This document shows positions 12,801-24,741 of a stretch of 64,000 bases of DNA, one piece after another. Under the pieces are notes generated by a model. The model saw only the letters and a list, made by a program, of their open reading frames with translations. It searched no databases and was not told where the DNA came from. The stretch is from contig JBHGNT010000013.1 of NCBI GenBank assembly GCA_043228905.1, positions 17,670,001 through 17,734,000 of the forward strand, written 5' to 3'. Every line of letters starts with the position of its first letter. The first letter of the stretch is position 1. This DNA comes from Azolla caroliniana. Taxonomy: Eukaryota > Plantae > Polypodiophyta. The position numbers and the translations under genes were made by a program.

Positions 12801-13708
12801 CTTCTTAGCATGGACTTTGACCTATCATTCATCATCATGATTTTGCTCTCTCTAGCTACTGGGCGGTTTACATTATTTAATCTATGTATCGTAGAGAACG
12901 AGAACCTTCATTGAATGATATTATCACAATGTGTGTGGCGTTAATTAGTGAGTTTTGATACTGAATTTTAGTAATAAGTGTTGCAATTGAGAGAGCCCAT
13001 TACAGTGATTGAGAGAGAAATGTTTGACGAGAAATATGTAGGTTGTAGGAACAAGTGCCAACTACCCTCTCGAGTGTCAAGGCTGAATCAAAAGAGGTGT
13101 ACATTCACTACACTCGATGGGTTCTTCATTACTCTATCACTAGAGAGAATTGAATCTGTTCATCATGCACATAATATTTATTTGTATGTGATCGTGTGGA
13201 TGGATTGAGTTGCTATCCATTACATAAGGCCGAGTGTGAACGGAGTCAACTATGAACTATCCAACATGCAACACCACTAAAATGCACTTACCACCTCTGG
13301 CATGTGAGTTCATGCCAAATCCAAATTGATGACATCAGATCGATTAGATTCAACCGATGCTCATCATCCGTTACAAATCCAGTACCTTGAATTCACAAAA
13401 AAGTCTCCGTCTCTTCTTCTTTTTATGAGTTTACAAGACTTCTGATGACTTTAAAGTTACCACACTCTTGAGATAGGGAGGTCATGGGTGACACAAATGT
13501 TAGGTCATTTAACTTTTATGACTCGAGACTTATAACAAAGTATCCTTCCTAAGTGCTCCCCACAACACTCAGTCTTCCTAGATGTGACTATAAACCTATA
13601 TATAGATAACCCTTTACTTCTCTAGTAACCCTCCACTCTCACTCCTTAAACCTCACTCTTAATTTATCGCCACTTAGACATAATCCCTTCATTGCCATTA
13701 CTCAAACT

Positions 13709-13760
13709 ACATACATACATACATACATACATACATACATACATACATACACACACCCAC

Positions 13761-13791
<31 letters not shown>

Positions 13792-13855
13792 TACATACAT
13801 ACATACATACACACACACATACATACATACATACATACATACATACATACATACA
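13709..13855. repeat. Compound (TACA)n/(CA)n microsatellite
   Basis: Directly visible. Confidence 0.97.
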
Positions 13856-14740
13856 AACAATTGAATGGGGAATTGCTTCATGAGCTCACACTACACCCCA
13901 ACATCATCATCATCAGAAGTGACAACAATTCATGAAACAGGTCGGTCTCTCTTTACATTAATCTCTGTCTAATTCAATCAAGTCACTATAATTGAACCAC
14001 TCAATGCCTCCATGGGTCATTTCGTGAAGTGTAATTAAACCGATCCATCATTTCTTTGAGTGTAATCATCATGAATCATCGTGATTGGACTTTTAAAACT
14101 ATGGAGAAAACGGGCATTGGAGCCTATAATTGTGAATATTAGTGCAGATGGCTTAATCGCCGGATACACTAAAGACGTTCGTTTCGTTAGAGTAATCAAT
14201 AGGGTTTAATCGAATCGAATCTTTGTTTAGAAACCGTAGTTAGCATAGATTCATCAATGGAGTCTATGAATAAAGCATGACCTGTATTAGAGAGATTAAG
14301 TCTCGTTAATGATGAATTGGAAGATTAATTGGCTTCCTCAATAGTCGGACCGAAGGACCTTCAATTAGAGAAATAAAAACAGAAATTTAAGGACAAATGG
14401 AAGCTCAGATAAATTGATCTTCTAAATTAAGGAGAGTAGGAGCTATTATTTGCACGATTACTGATGTCTTAATATTTCAATCGACTAAGGCGATAGGAAA
14501 CGATTCTCAGGTGAGCGATTGAGGATCGATTAAAGAAGTGGGTCATGGAAACACAGATTAAAGGATACATTGAAGGAGAGATTAAGGATAGATTGATTGC
14601 GTTATTAACCGGTGATTGAAGTGGGTAATGAAACAAAGACTATTGAAAATGTGGGGAAAGATTTAAGGGTAGATTGATTGCAGTAGGTACCCAAATGATT
14701 TAAGGATCGACTATGTGCGATGAATCCTTCTTATTTGCAT

Positions 14741-14816
14741 TGGAACCGATAACCGTTAAACTATGGCTTAACGGTTCGGTTCGGTTCGGTTGGAGCCCAA
14801 ACCAGGCCCATAGCTA
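14741..14816. mobile_element. Terminal fragment of the GGTTC-rich hAT-type MITE family seen at 60854-62000
   Basis: TGGAACCGATAACCGTTAAACTATGGCTTAACGGTTCGG...GGCCCATAGCTA aligns with the right end of the outer element (61416-61438 joined to 61952-62000). Confidence 0.75.
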
Positions 14817-15499
14817 TGAACCGACATAAATTTATCTCTTAATGCAACAGTAGGTTAAGAAACAATAGAGTACTATTGATTTCACACTGTGGGGTATAGG
14901 AATTACTTGCCAACAAGCTATGTCTCATTATCGGTGAAAATCGGAATTATTGCCAATTAGTAGGTCTTATTATCGCTTTCACACTATGCAAAACGGAATA
15001 GAAATCTGAATTCCTTAGGACTAGTAGGTTGGAGGGATGGGGCAGGAGTCTAATGGTTTCACACTATAGGAATTCGGAATTATTGTCGACTAGTAGGTCT
15101 TATTAATCGGTTGCACTCCTATGGCGGGAACAAAATTCTCGGGACAGTTCTATCGAGGTGGAATAAACTTTGATCTCTCTTATAGGTGGCAAACACGGAA
15201 AAAACAAAAAGAGACCCCCCTTGAGATACTTCGGTTCTATGCTTCGACAAACAAACCTGCCTGGACATGTGGGTGGGTTTCTTTGTTCTCTCATGCAAAA
15301 CTTCACATAAGTGTTCCATTGGATTGGATTGGATCTAGTTCCAGCTTCAAGCTGCCTCGTTGATTTGTAGGGCAACGATATGCCAACCATTCTCTTCGTT
15401 GTCAAGAACAACTTAGCTTCTCTTTACTCCCATGTTAAAAATAAACAATGTGATGCCAACACTGTGGAGAGCTTATTACTTTTTTTGCTCCCTCATTCA

Positions 15500-16700
15500 T
15501 GAACCTTTTGTAGTAGAAGCATTTTGCTTTGTGACTAATTAATAAAAGCCTTTCCCGTCACATAAAACATATTTCCATGCAATAAGTATTGTCTTGGTAT
15601 GATCCTCGAACTTGGGAGTCCAATATGTGAATGTATATGCCATATAATGGAGTCTGATCATGAAAGTTTAAAGGCGCTCGAAATTTCTCGACACACTAGA
15701 TATCATTATACGAAGACAATAAAAAACATGATATCTTATTACACGTAAAACAAATATTCACATTTTACAATTAGATATAGAAACTTAAATATAGGAGGGA
15801 AATCAAAATCAGAATTCATGGTTGTGCAACATGTCAATGTATCTAGTGTTCTCCCTAAGTAATGTTTTCAAAACATGCAATTGGTTTAACTAATGTGATT
15901 GGTGCATATGTTTGTATATGCCAATGAATGTGGAAGTTAAATCGAGGCAAAAGACATTTGAAGGATGTGATATCTATAAATAACGATAATCACTCATGTA
16001 ATTGAAACAACTAGATATTTGTTTGATGACATGATCTGGCTTCCAATTGTGTTTAGTACATCATATGGCAGTTATCACTCAAGAAACAAACAAAAATTGG
16101 GCAAAATTATGCATTATTACTCTCCCATATTCCAAGCTTTGTTTTTTCAAAATGCGAGAAAATGGTGACCCATATGTTTAGAAGTTTTGTGAAGTTTCAA
16201 AACTCATAAAGTCATGTTCAAACTTGATGTGAACTCCAAGCTTTATCCCTTTTCAATATCGTTCACATGAATACGAAGATTCTATGAAACCTATGCTAGG
16301 AGCAAAGTCTACCCAATATCGACTTTTGCGAAATGTCATATTCATGGGGGTAAATCATATTGATGGAGTGGAAGTGTCTCATCCATCTTCATTGCCCTAA
16401 CTTTCTTCATACATATGTGAAGATCTTCATGATTTCTATGTTTGCGCCCTAATTGTATTCTTACAAGTAGAGCATCGAATGAATGAAATTCTATCGTCTT
16501 TATGTTCACTACAAATTGATCATACATAGCTGCATGAACACTTTGTGTTTAAGCTACATTAAAAGGTCGATAAAAAAGTGTCACACACAACCGACAAAAA
16601 GGGATACAATAAAGGCACATTTTTGTGTATCGACATTGTCATCTAATTACAACAAGAACTTTACTTTGTTAGAGAATCTCAAAAGTAGGCCATGGCCCAA
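15500..16700 (-). mobile_element. Possible degenerate hAT (ZNF862-like) transposase relic
   Basis: Minus-strand fragments such as IRCSTCK (zinc-finger-like); heavily interrupted. Confidence 0.25.
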
Positions 16701-17167
16701 ACCTGTGATCAATGCTTACTCAAAATATACATACTTGGACAATTGAAGTTCAATTAATTAAAGGACACATGCACATGAAAGCTAAGAAGTTCTCTCTCTC
16801 TCTCTCTCTCTCTCCAAATAAATTACCAATCAAACAAAAGGCAGCATCCATCTGGAAGGCTCTTTTTGGTGACGATGCAACTATGCACAAGATGGCATGG
16901 TCGAGGCTCTTTTACAAATAAAAAAATGGGGAAAATACCATTACCATCTTATCGTAAGTTTTCAAGGTTCGTTCAAATGGGTAGTAAATGTTTGATAACA
17001 TATAGGAACACAGATAAATGTTTTATATTATAGGAGCTAAGAGGGGTTTTTTCTAGTAAATTTTGCAAACCTATGGGAGTGATGCGATCAAAGTATATTT
17101 TTTGCAAACCTAGAGGGGGTGTAAACTTACAGCAACAACAAAAAACATCGGGGGGTGAGTGAAGAAG

Positions 17168-17383
17168 AAAAACCATGTGAAGGTGTGTAGTAGTAGTAGT
17201 AGTAGTAGTAGTAGTCGTAGTAGAAAAACCACGTGAAGTTGTGTAGTAGTAGTAGTAGAAAAACCATGTGAAGGTGTGTGGTAGTAGTAGTTGTAGCAAA
17301 AAAACCATGTGAAGTTGTGTAGTAGTAGTAGTAGTAGTAGAAAAACCATGTGAAGGTGTGTAGCAGCAACATTAGTAGTAGTA
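17168..17383. repeat. Five-unit tandem repeat AAAAACCAYGTGAAGKTGTG plus (TAG)n, upstream of kinase gene 1
   Basis: Units start at about 17168, 17224, 17259, 17299 and 17341, with variable TAG tract lengths. Confidence 0.92.
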
Positions 17384-17416
17384 GCCATAAGCGAGGGGAA
17401 TCAAGAACAGAGCCCT

Positions 17417-17445
17417 TAAACCCTAAACCCTAAACCTTAAACCCT
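17417..17445. promoter_or_regulatory. Short telomere-like (TAAACCC)4 array / telo-boxes just upstream of the kinase start
   Basis: TAAACCCTAAACCCTAAACCTTAAACCCT, ending about 22 bp before ATG 17468. Confidence 0.7.
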
Positions 17446-17467
17446 GTACGGGGCTCGCGTGGAAAGG

Positions 17468-20400
17468 ATGGGTAATTATTGTAGCGGGGGGGGGGGGGGG
17501 GGGCACGTGCTATATTTTGGTGACAAAGATTGTGAGATTACATATACATGGAATAATAACCTTGGGAGTAAAAGTGTAAATAAAAATAGAGAGAATGTTG
17601 AAGCCGATTATGGGCGGGCGGCCATTGGCCGGGCGCCGACGGGCTGATTGTCCGCAGCTCTCGGGCCAGGCAGCCATGGCCGAGCTTTTTTTTTGAGGAA
17701 CTAATGTATGTATATGCATAAAACATTTGGTGAAGTAAAAACGACTAAGGCTTCTTTCCGGCCTTGTCGGCACGCAGGCAGCGCCGCCACACAGCAGAAT
17801 CAGAATCAGAATCAGAATCAGAACCAGAACCAGAATCAGAATAAGCAGAATCTGAATTTGAATCAGAACCAGAACCAGAATCTGAATCAGAAGCAGCAGA
17901 AGCAGACAAGCACCCCCACCTATGCCAATGGATCCTCCTCCTCCGCCACCGCCACCGCCGCCGAGGCTGTGTCTCCTTCGATTCCTTCATCCCTACACCC
18001 CCCCCTCCTCCGAGGCTTCTCCTTAGCCGACCTCCGCACGGCCACCCGCAACTTCCGCCCCGACAGCGTTGTGGGGACTGGAGGGTTTGGGATGGTGTTC
18101 AGAGGCCACATCGATCCCCACACCTTCCACCCCACTCGTCCTCGCCTCGGCATCGAGATCGCCGTCAAGATGCTCGATGTAGAAGGTCCCCAAGGCCACA
18201 ACGAATGGCTGGTATGTCAATCTCTCTCTCTCTCTCTTCTTCTTCTTTTGGTAAAAGCATAACAATTATATCAATTGTATGTAAAATCCACTTCGTTACA
18301 ACACTTCTTAGTCTCCTATACCTATCAATTGTAGGGAGAGGGATGGTCCTGTATATGCATTTGAATATGCCACTAGAAAACCGGACTGAATATGCAATTT
18401 GATGAAATGATCCCCACATGCATGCTCTAACATCTAGAAATTTCACATAAGGATACCTTTTCAACTTCTTCATCTAGGCTTTCACCCCATGTCTACTATT
18501 AAACATGAAAATGTTATGGATTATTCCAATTGTGTTGCAATCCCCAATCTCGTAACAGAAAGAAACAAGTAGTGAGAACTGCTGGCAATAAGTCGTCCAA
18601 GAAATATGTAAGTTGGTGTTAACAACTTATCATATTACATGACACGAACCCTCAAGAGAACTCTAAAGAAGCCATTGAGTTGTATCTCTATCTCCTCATG
18701 TAGGAGCTCATGAAGCTATGGAGCTCTAAATTTGGAATATTAAGCCTTGTAGAGTCTTAAAAACTAAATAATATGACATTAGTCTCCTTAACAAACATCA
18801 ATCTCAACTGGTGGTAGTGGAGGTAGAAATGCTCGATCTAGAAAACGATTTGTCGTGTAGGGCTCTAATCAAGAGTCATGGAAATCCAAGTGAAGAATAA
18901 TTGACAGTGGAAGCTCCAAACAAAAAAGCCATGTGTCAACAACTTTTGGCCTATAGAAGCATGGATAGAATTATTTGAGCAAATTTTTCCAAGACTAACC
19001 TGTCATCTTGTTGATAATTAACAATGGTCAGGAGTCTGATTAGTGACCTTATCTTACACATTGGTCTCGGGGTGATATCTGAAAGATAACAAAATAAGGA
19101 CGTGGGTCACTAACTATGGTATCTACTAAGCCATGGAGTTGAACTAGTTTTTGAAGTGAAAGGTTAATTGTAGTCTCACTGGAGATGAAGATGTAGCAGG
19201 ACTTAAATCATGTGCCGTCTTGGAGAAACAGTTAATGACAACAATGATGGAACCATGGCCCTAGGGAATGGGAGCTCAATAATTAAATTCACTGAAATGC
19301 TTTTCCAAGGACTGGTTGGAACTTGTAAAGGCTGAAGCAGACCACGGGGAGGATTTTTATGGATTTTTGCATGGTAACATGTATTGCACAAGGATACAAC
19401 AGAGACCTAGACACCAATAATCTTGAGTAATGAGATTCAGATTCTTGTCAATTCTAAAGTGGCCAATGAAAGGGGAATCATGAGAGGGTTGGAGAACTTG
19501 AAGTAGGGGAGCACCACAGGAATTAAAAACATATATTTGCTGAAAAGTAATTTTATCATGAACACAAAACACATCATAGTCTAACTGCTGAAATGTGTGG
19601 CTAGAGGAGGAGCATGAACCAAGGTGAGAAAGGAATTCTTGTGCCAATGATTCTGTGGTAACTGCAGGCTGGATTGCCTCTAGTGGAATTAGAATTAGAA
19701 TTAGAATTTTGATCATCCATAAAAAGGCCAAATTTGACCTACGGGACCAGAGTATACATGTGTTCTTGATATGTGTCTCCTTCTAAAAAAAGGTGTTCAT
19801 ACATTTAAGTACGAAGTCTCTATGCTGCACATATGAGCTCAACCTTCTAGGTGGTGTCTTAATTATGGCACTTAAGTTATCACTCCCTCTTAGTATGTCA
19901 GCATATCTTGAACGAATTGCACTATATGCTGAGCATGTGAAGAGCAAGTGACATTCATCCTCTACCATGCCTTCATTGCATACTTTACATGCCTTCTAGG
20001 TGAAGTACTGTTATGAGGGGGAAGAAGTTGCCATCAGTAGGACCAAAAATGGTCTGGGGCTGCTGATCAAATGTGGTTTCCCCATCTTAGTTTTGAAATA
20101 AGATCTATGGAAATGACAACCTCTTTTTCTTGAAGTGTGCCAAGACAGCCTGGTAACACATGTGTACGCCATTGTGTTTGGTGTTGAAGTGGTTCGAAAA
20201 TACTCAGGGTTGTACATAGTCACATTATGAAGATAGCTGTCAAGAAATTGTTGCCACACTTGAAATGAGTCAATAATCATTAAAACTTCCTTATAATAAA
20301 CAGGATATTTAATTTCAGCACCATGTAATGTAAAATCACAGGCAATCAATTGTAGCTCATGATCCTTTTGATGGCAAGACATTACCGAAAACGTAAAATC

Positions 20401-22068
20401 TGAGGCATCACAAAGATCAATCTTGGTGAAATAACACATGCCTGGAAGCTAATTCTAGGCATAGATGGCCTTTGATAATTTACATGAGCATCTGAGTCAT
20501 TCCTATACATAGTTTCTCTCTTTTAAATTCCTTTGATCCTACTATCTATCTGCATTTTTATATAACACGTTTCTCATTTCTCTTATGTTGCAAAACCTTA
20601 CCACTTCCTCTTTGCAATAATGTAGGCTGAGATACGCTTTCTTGGGGAGCTTCACCATCCCAATCTTGTTAAACTCATTGGTTTTTGCGCCGAAGGAGAA
20701 CACCGCTTGCTTGTATATGAATTTATGAATCGAGGGAGCCTTGATAACCATCTCTTCAGAAGTGAGTGTTTTTTTCATGCTTCAAAATTAACTAAGAGTC
20801 ATAAGTTTTGCTATCTTCAAACATGTTCTTTTGCAAAGTTGATATTTTAAAAATTATTCAATGGATGTGTTGATTATTACATTATGTAGGGGGGAATAGT
20901 TATCAAGCATTATCATGGGCTATGCGAATGAAAATCGCTGTCCATGCAGCACGCGGTCTTTCTTACCTGCACACGTGTAAAAGACCAATTATATATAGAG
21001 ATTTCAAGTCGGCAAATATCTTGCTAGACTCAGTAAGTCTATTGATAAATCTGTATTGTGATTAACAAAAAGAATTTCCAATCCTTGTTTATTTACTTTG
21101 TTAAAATGCCTCACCATCAACTTAATAGGATTTCAATGCCAAGTTATCCGACTTCGGCCTTGCAAAAGATGGACCAACAGGAGATCAGACACATGTGACT
21201 ACAAGAGTATTGGGGACATTAGGATATGCAGCCCCTGAATATGTTGCCACTGGTAACACTTTGATTCATGATTGAATTTTCTATTAGTTAATTTTCAAAC
21301 ATTACAAATTACAATTATATCTTATCATTGAGTGCTTCATCATCCCATAATGGCATACAAGTATCATGTAAATGGAGTGTGTAGATATTGATGGAAAAGG
21401 GGGGGAAATAGAGCCTACAGAGAATTGATAAAAATTGTCAACCATTTGCGTTATCACATGGAAATAACCATCAATATTGAGAAGTTGAATTGTAAATAGC
21501 TTTGTATCAACAGAGAGTTGCATGATGGTGACGAACAAATATATGTGGGGTTGCCAGGTTTTGGGTGTTTGTGCATATGATTAACAAGAAAACCTTCACA
21601 CCTTGCTAAAAGATGAAGAGGATGATAAGTATTATAAGAGTGTGCTTGTCTTTTTTTATGTGGTAATCTAATAAATGAGTGGCATGTAATGTGTCAGGGT
21701 GGTTGACACCGAAGAGTGATGTGTATGGGTATGGTGTCGTGCTCTTAGAGATATTGACAGGTCGGAAAGCTGTGGATGAAAACAAACCAAGCCAGGAAAA
21801 ACACTTGGTCGAGTGGGCCATGCCCTTCTTAACCAACAAGCAAAGGCTGCTCCGCATTATGGACCAAAAGCTCGATGGGCAATACTCACTCAAAGGGGCA
21901 AAGAAAGTGGCGTCATTAGCATTACATTGCCTCAAGGAGAACCCGAAGCTTCGACCCACCATGAAAGAAGTCCTTGATTTCATCGAACCTTTGTGCAATT
22001 CTCCGATCCATTCATCTTCTTCTATCAGCACCTCTCCCTACCGCTCCCCAGTTTTGTCCCTAGCATGA
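17468..22068 (+). CDS. Receptor-like cytoplasmic kinase, RLCK-VII (PBL/APK1/BIK1-like Ser/Thr kinase)
   Basis: GT-AG exons 17778-18211, 20626-20761, 20890-21032, 21129-21252 and 21698-22068 join in frame. Motifs: [80 protein letters not shown]. The first exon from ATG 17468 (MGNYCS...) has an uncertain donor (after 17471 or 17519, both phase 1). Confidence 0.93.
18720..20470 (-). mobile_element. Degenerate Ty3/gypsy pol relic (RNase H to integrase) inside intron 2 of kinase 1
   Basis: Minus-strand fragments DASDF...[16 protein letters not shown] and HDSPFIGHF...CNTCYHAK...[17 protein letters not shown]; many frameshifts; boundaries approximate. Confidence 0.8.
19686..20000 (-). mobile_element. 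5'-truncated LINE 3' end (RTE/L2-like) nested in the gypsy relic
   Basis: [26 protein letters not shown] (CCHC-type C-terminal motif), then a short 3' UTR and an (AATTCT)n tail at 19686-19708. Confidence 0.65.
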
Positions 22069-23095
22069 ATCATATTCTAAAAGATCAAAAGAAGTCGACA
22101 ATAGAGTAGCTACCTGTTAAATACGTACAAAATGCAAAACACTAATAGTATATAAATTGGGGGTATCTAGCTCTGATATGCCAACAGGAACACTATCTCC
22201 TTTGTATTTCATACATTGCAAATATAGAGAACGTGTAAAACAGGCTAGCTAACCCTTACAATATCAGTAAAGTCTACTGGTCTTGTTTGGTATACAAGAT
22301 GAAAAATATGAAATGTATGATAGGTTGGTGGCCAGGTAGGCCACATATCCAACAATAAACCCTATCCTCTGTTTGGTATACGAAGACTGTATAATAGCAA
22401 GAAATGTGTATCATAGAGAAGCTATAGCCTTATCATCGTACTGGTATAAATATATGATAGGTTAGTTAGCTAGGCTATATACCAAAAATAAACCCTACCT
22501 TCCGTTGTTTTGTATATGAAGAGTGTAAAATATTGAGAAATGTGTATAATAGGAAAGCTAGCCTTCCCAATAAGCACTAATGAAGTAGTCTCGGCTTCTT
22601 TGACAACAGAGATATGACAATGAGATGAGTTTTAGAAATCTCAATGTTCACTTGCAACACTTAACATGCTTTACCATATTCAATTTCATATAAATTTGTT
22701 TCTATTTATTTGTGCTAAAGTTGTCAACATGTAACAAATGATAATATGATCAAATCTAGTAGCTGTGAGTTCCAGGTTTGGTTATCACTCTTTGTTGTAC
22801 AAGTTACATCAAAGTTAGCTCTCCAGTTCATAGTGTACTATTAATGTCATACCAATGACCTAATATGAGATGTAATTTACATCATAAGCTCATGTTGTAC
22901 CATTGTTAGTGAGCTTTAGATGGTTTGAAGTTACAGCTTGGAGGAATTTTGGATCATTTGCATTCGTGAATTCATGATTAGAAGTGGAAGACAACTATTG
23001 ATGGATGTACAACAATAAAAGTCCTGATTTTCATATTCAAGTTTATCTATACTCATGCATCAAACATTTGGTCCAGTCAAAAGAATCGAGTAATC

Positions 23096-23270
23096 AAGAA
23101 AACATGTATTTTGCTTAAAGATATCGGGCTTAGTGAACCTTTAATATATGTGTAAGAAACATGTATTTTGCTTAAAGATATCGGGCTTAGTGAACCTTTA
23201 ATATACGTATAAGAAACATGTATTCTGCTCCACAAATAAGATATCAAAGTTAGTGAATCTTTGCTGTATG
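23096..23270. repeat. ~57-bp tandem repeat, 2 near-perfect plus 1 degenerate copy
   Basis: AAGAAACATGTATTTTGCTTAAAGATATCGGGCTTAGTGAACCTTTAATAT repeated. Confidence 0.9.
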
Positions 23271-23834
23271 TATATATATACCACATGTATATCATAAGTT
23301 CTTTTACAAACATCAGCACGTATTCTACTCAAGTAAAGACATCAAACCTAGTGAATCAGAGACCTTTTGAGGATAGCAGAGCCCACAAATGTTATCACTA
23401 GTTCTTCGCATTCAACTTGGCCTACCTACAACTATCACACTAATTTCAGAGTCAATAAAACTAGTGCCACATCAACTCAATATACCTATACACCACATGG
23501 CACATGCTGTTCTTGTCAAATTTAGTTGTAAGAGGCTATTTACAAATTGCTTCAATGCAGATTCATTGATAAAAAGCTCCACAATCAATAGGAATTTAGA
23601 AATTTGACTAATTCATTACAAAAAAGAAGCTATATAATTAGTCTATTCAAAAGGGTCATGGCACACATTGCAAAATTCGTGACCAGGGTTTGTGACATTA
23701 AAACCGTGCCCAAGTCACACATCTACTCTTTGAGTAGCTCAATAGAGGAGAACTTCCACAATCATATCCCCTTTTTGCACCATGGCTTTTATTTACACAT
23801 GGACAACTTGGCAAATCTTCATCCCTTGAATACC

Positions 23835-24190
23835 CACATCATAATGCCACATCTAGATCATGGTGTGTTTGATGATGATGAGCCACACCATAATGCCATG
23901 TCTATGCAAAAATGATGATGACCCACATCAAATGCCACATCTAGATGATATCGATGATCCACATCAAATGCCACATCTAGATGATACTGATGATCCACAT
24001 CAAAAGTCCACATCTAAATAATAATGATAATAATATGCCGAGCCAAAAAAATGTCATGCATCTGGATGATGATGATGACGATGAGCTACATCATAATTCC
24101 ATGTATAAATGATGATGATGACAAGCCAGTTCATAATGCCACATCTAAATACAACCACGACAATGAGCCACACCATAAATGATTTGATGA
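23835..24190. repeat. Degenerate minisatellite (CACATCATAATGCCACATCTAGATGATGATG-like) downstream of the PBS1-like gene
   Basis: About 8-9 variable-length copies of ATGCCACATCTARAT with (GAT)n linkers. Confidence 0.85.
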
Positions 24191-24741
24191 TGCATCGAAC
24201 AAGCTCTGCATAAAGAGTTTGACAAGCTTTGCTTCTCAGAGCAAATGGTCAGCCCGCAAACCTTACACATCCGGAATACCAATAGATGTCCATATCTTAA
24301 GCCATTTCTAAAATACGACGATGATGATGATTATATGTATCAAATACACACTGCAAAAACAGTGGAATCAGCACCAAAGTTTGCTTCAGCCAAGCAATAA
24401 AGCTTTTCTTCACAAACTTGCATATGGATCGATGCCCACATCAGGATGCCATTCTTTAATAAAAGATATTGAACATGCATCGCATAAAGTCGGGGGGCCA
24501 ATGCTCGCTCTGGGACACCCAAGGAAAGCTTCACTTCTCGAACCAATTCCACAGGGAGAACAAAAAAAAGACATCTACTTTACATCTGGTAAGTCAATTT
24601 GCACTTTGCTGGTCTGCCACCTCTATTATGTTTCTTTCTTTTCACATGAACCCCATATCATGTCCTGAACAACCAATGCACCACCACTGGGTTGACCTGA
24701 ATAGCCACACAATTTTCGCAATAGATTTATACTCTTATCCA

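Noticed and set aside
17417-17445. Chromosome end or telomere fusion scar
   Set aside because: Only four heptamers in a promoter position; better explained as telo-boxes.
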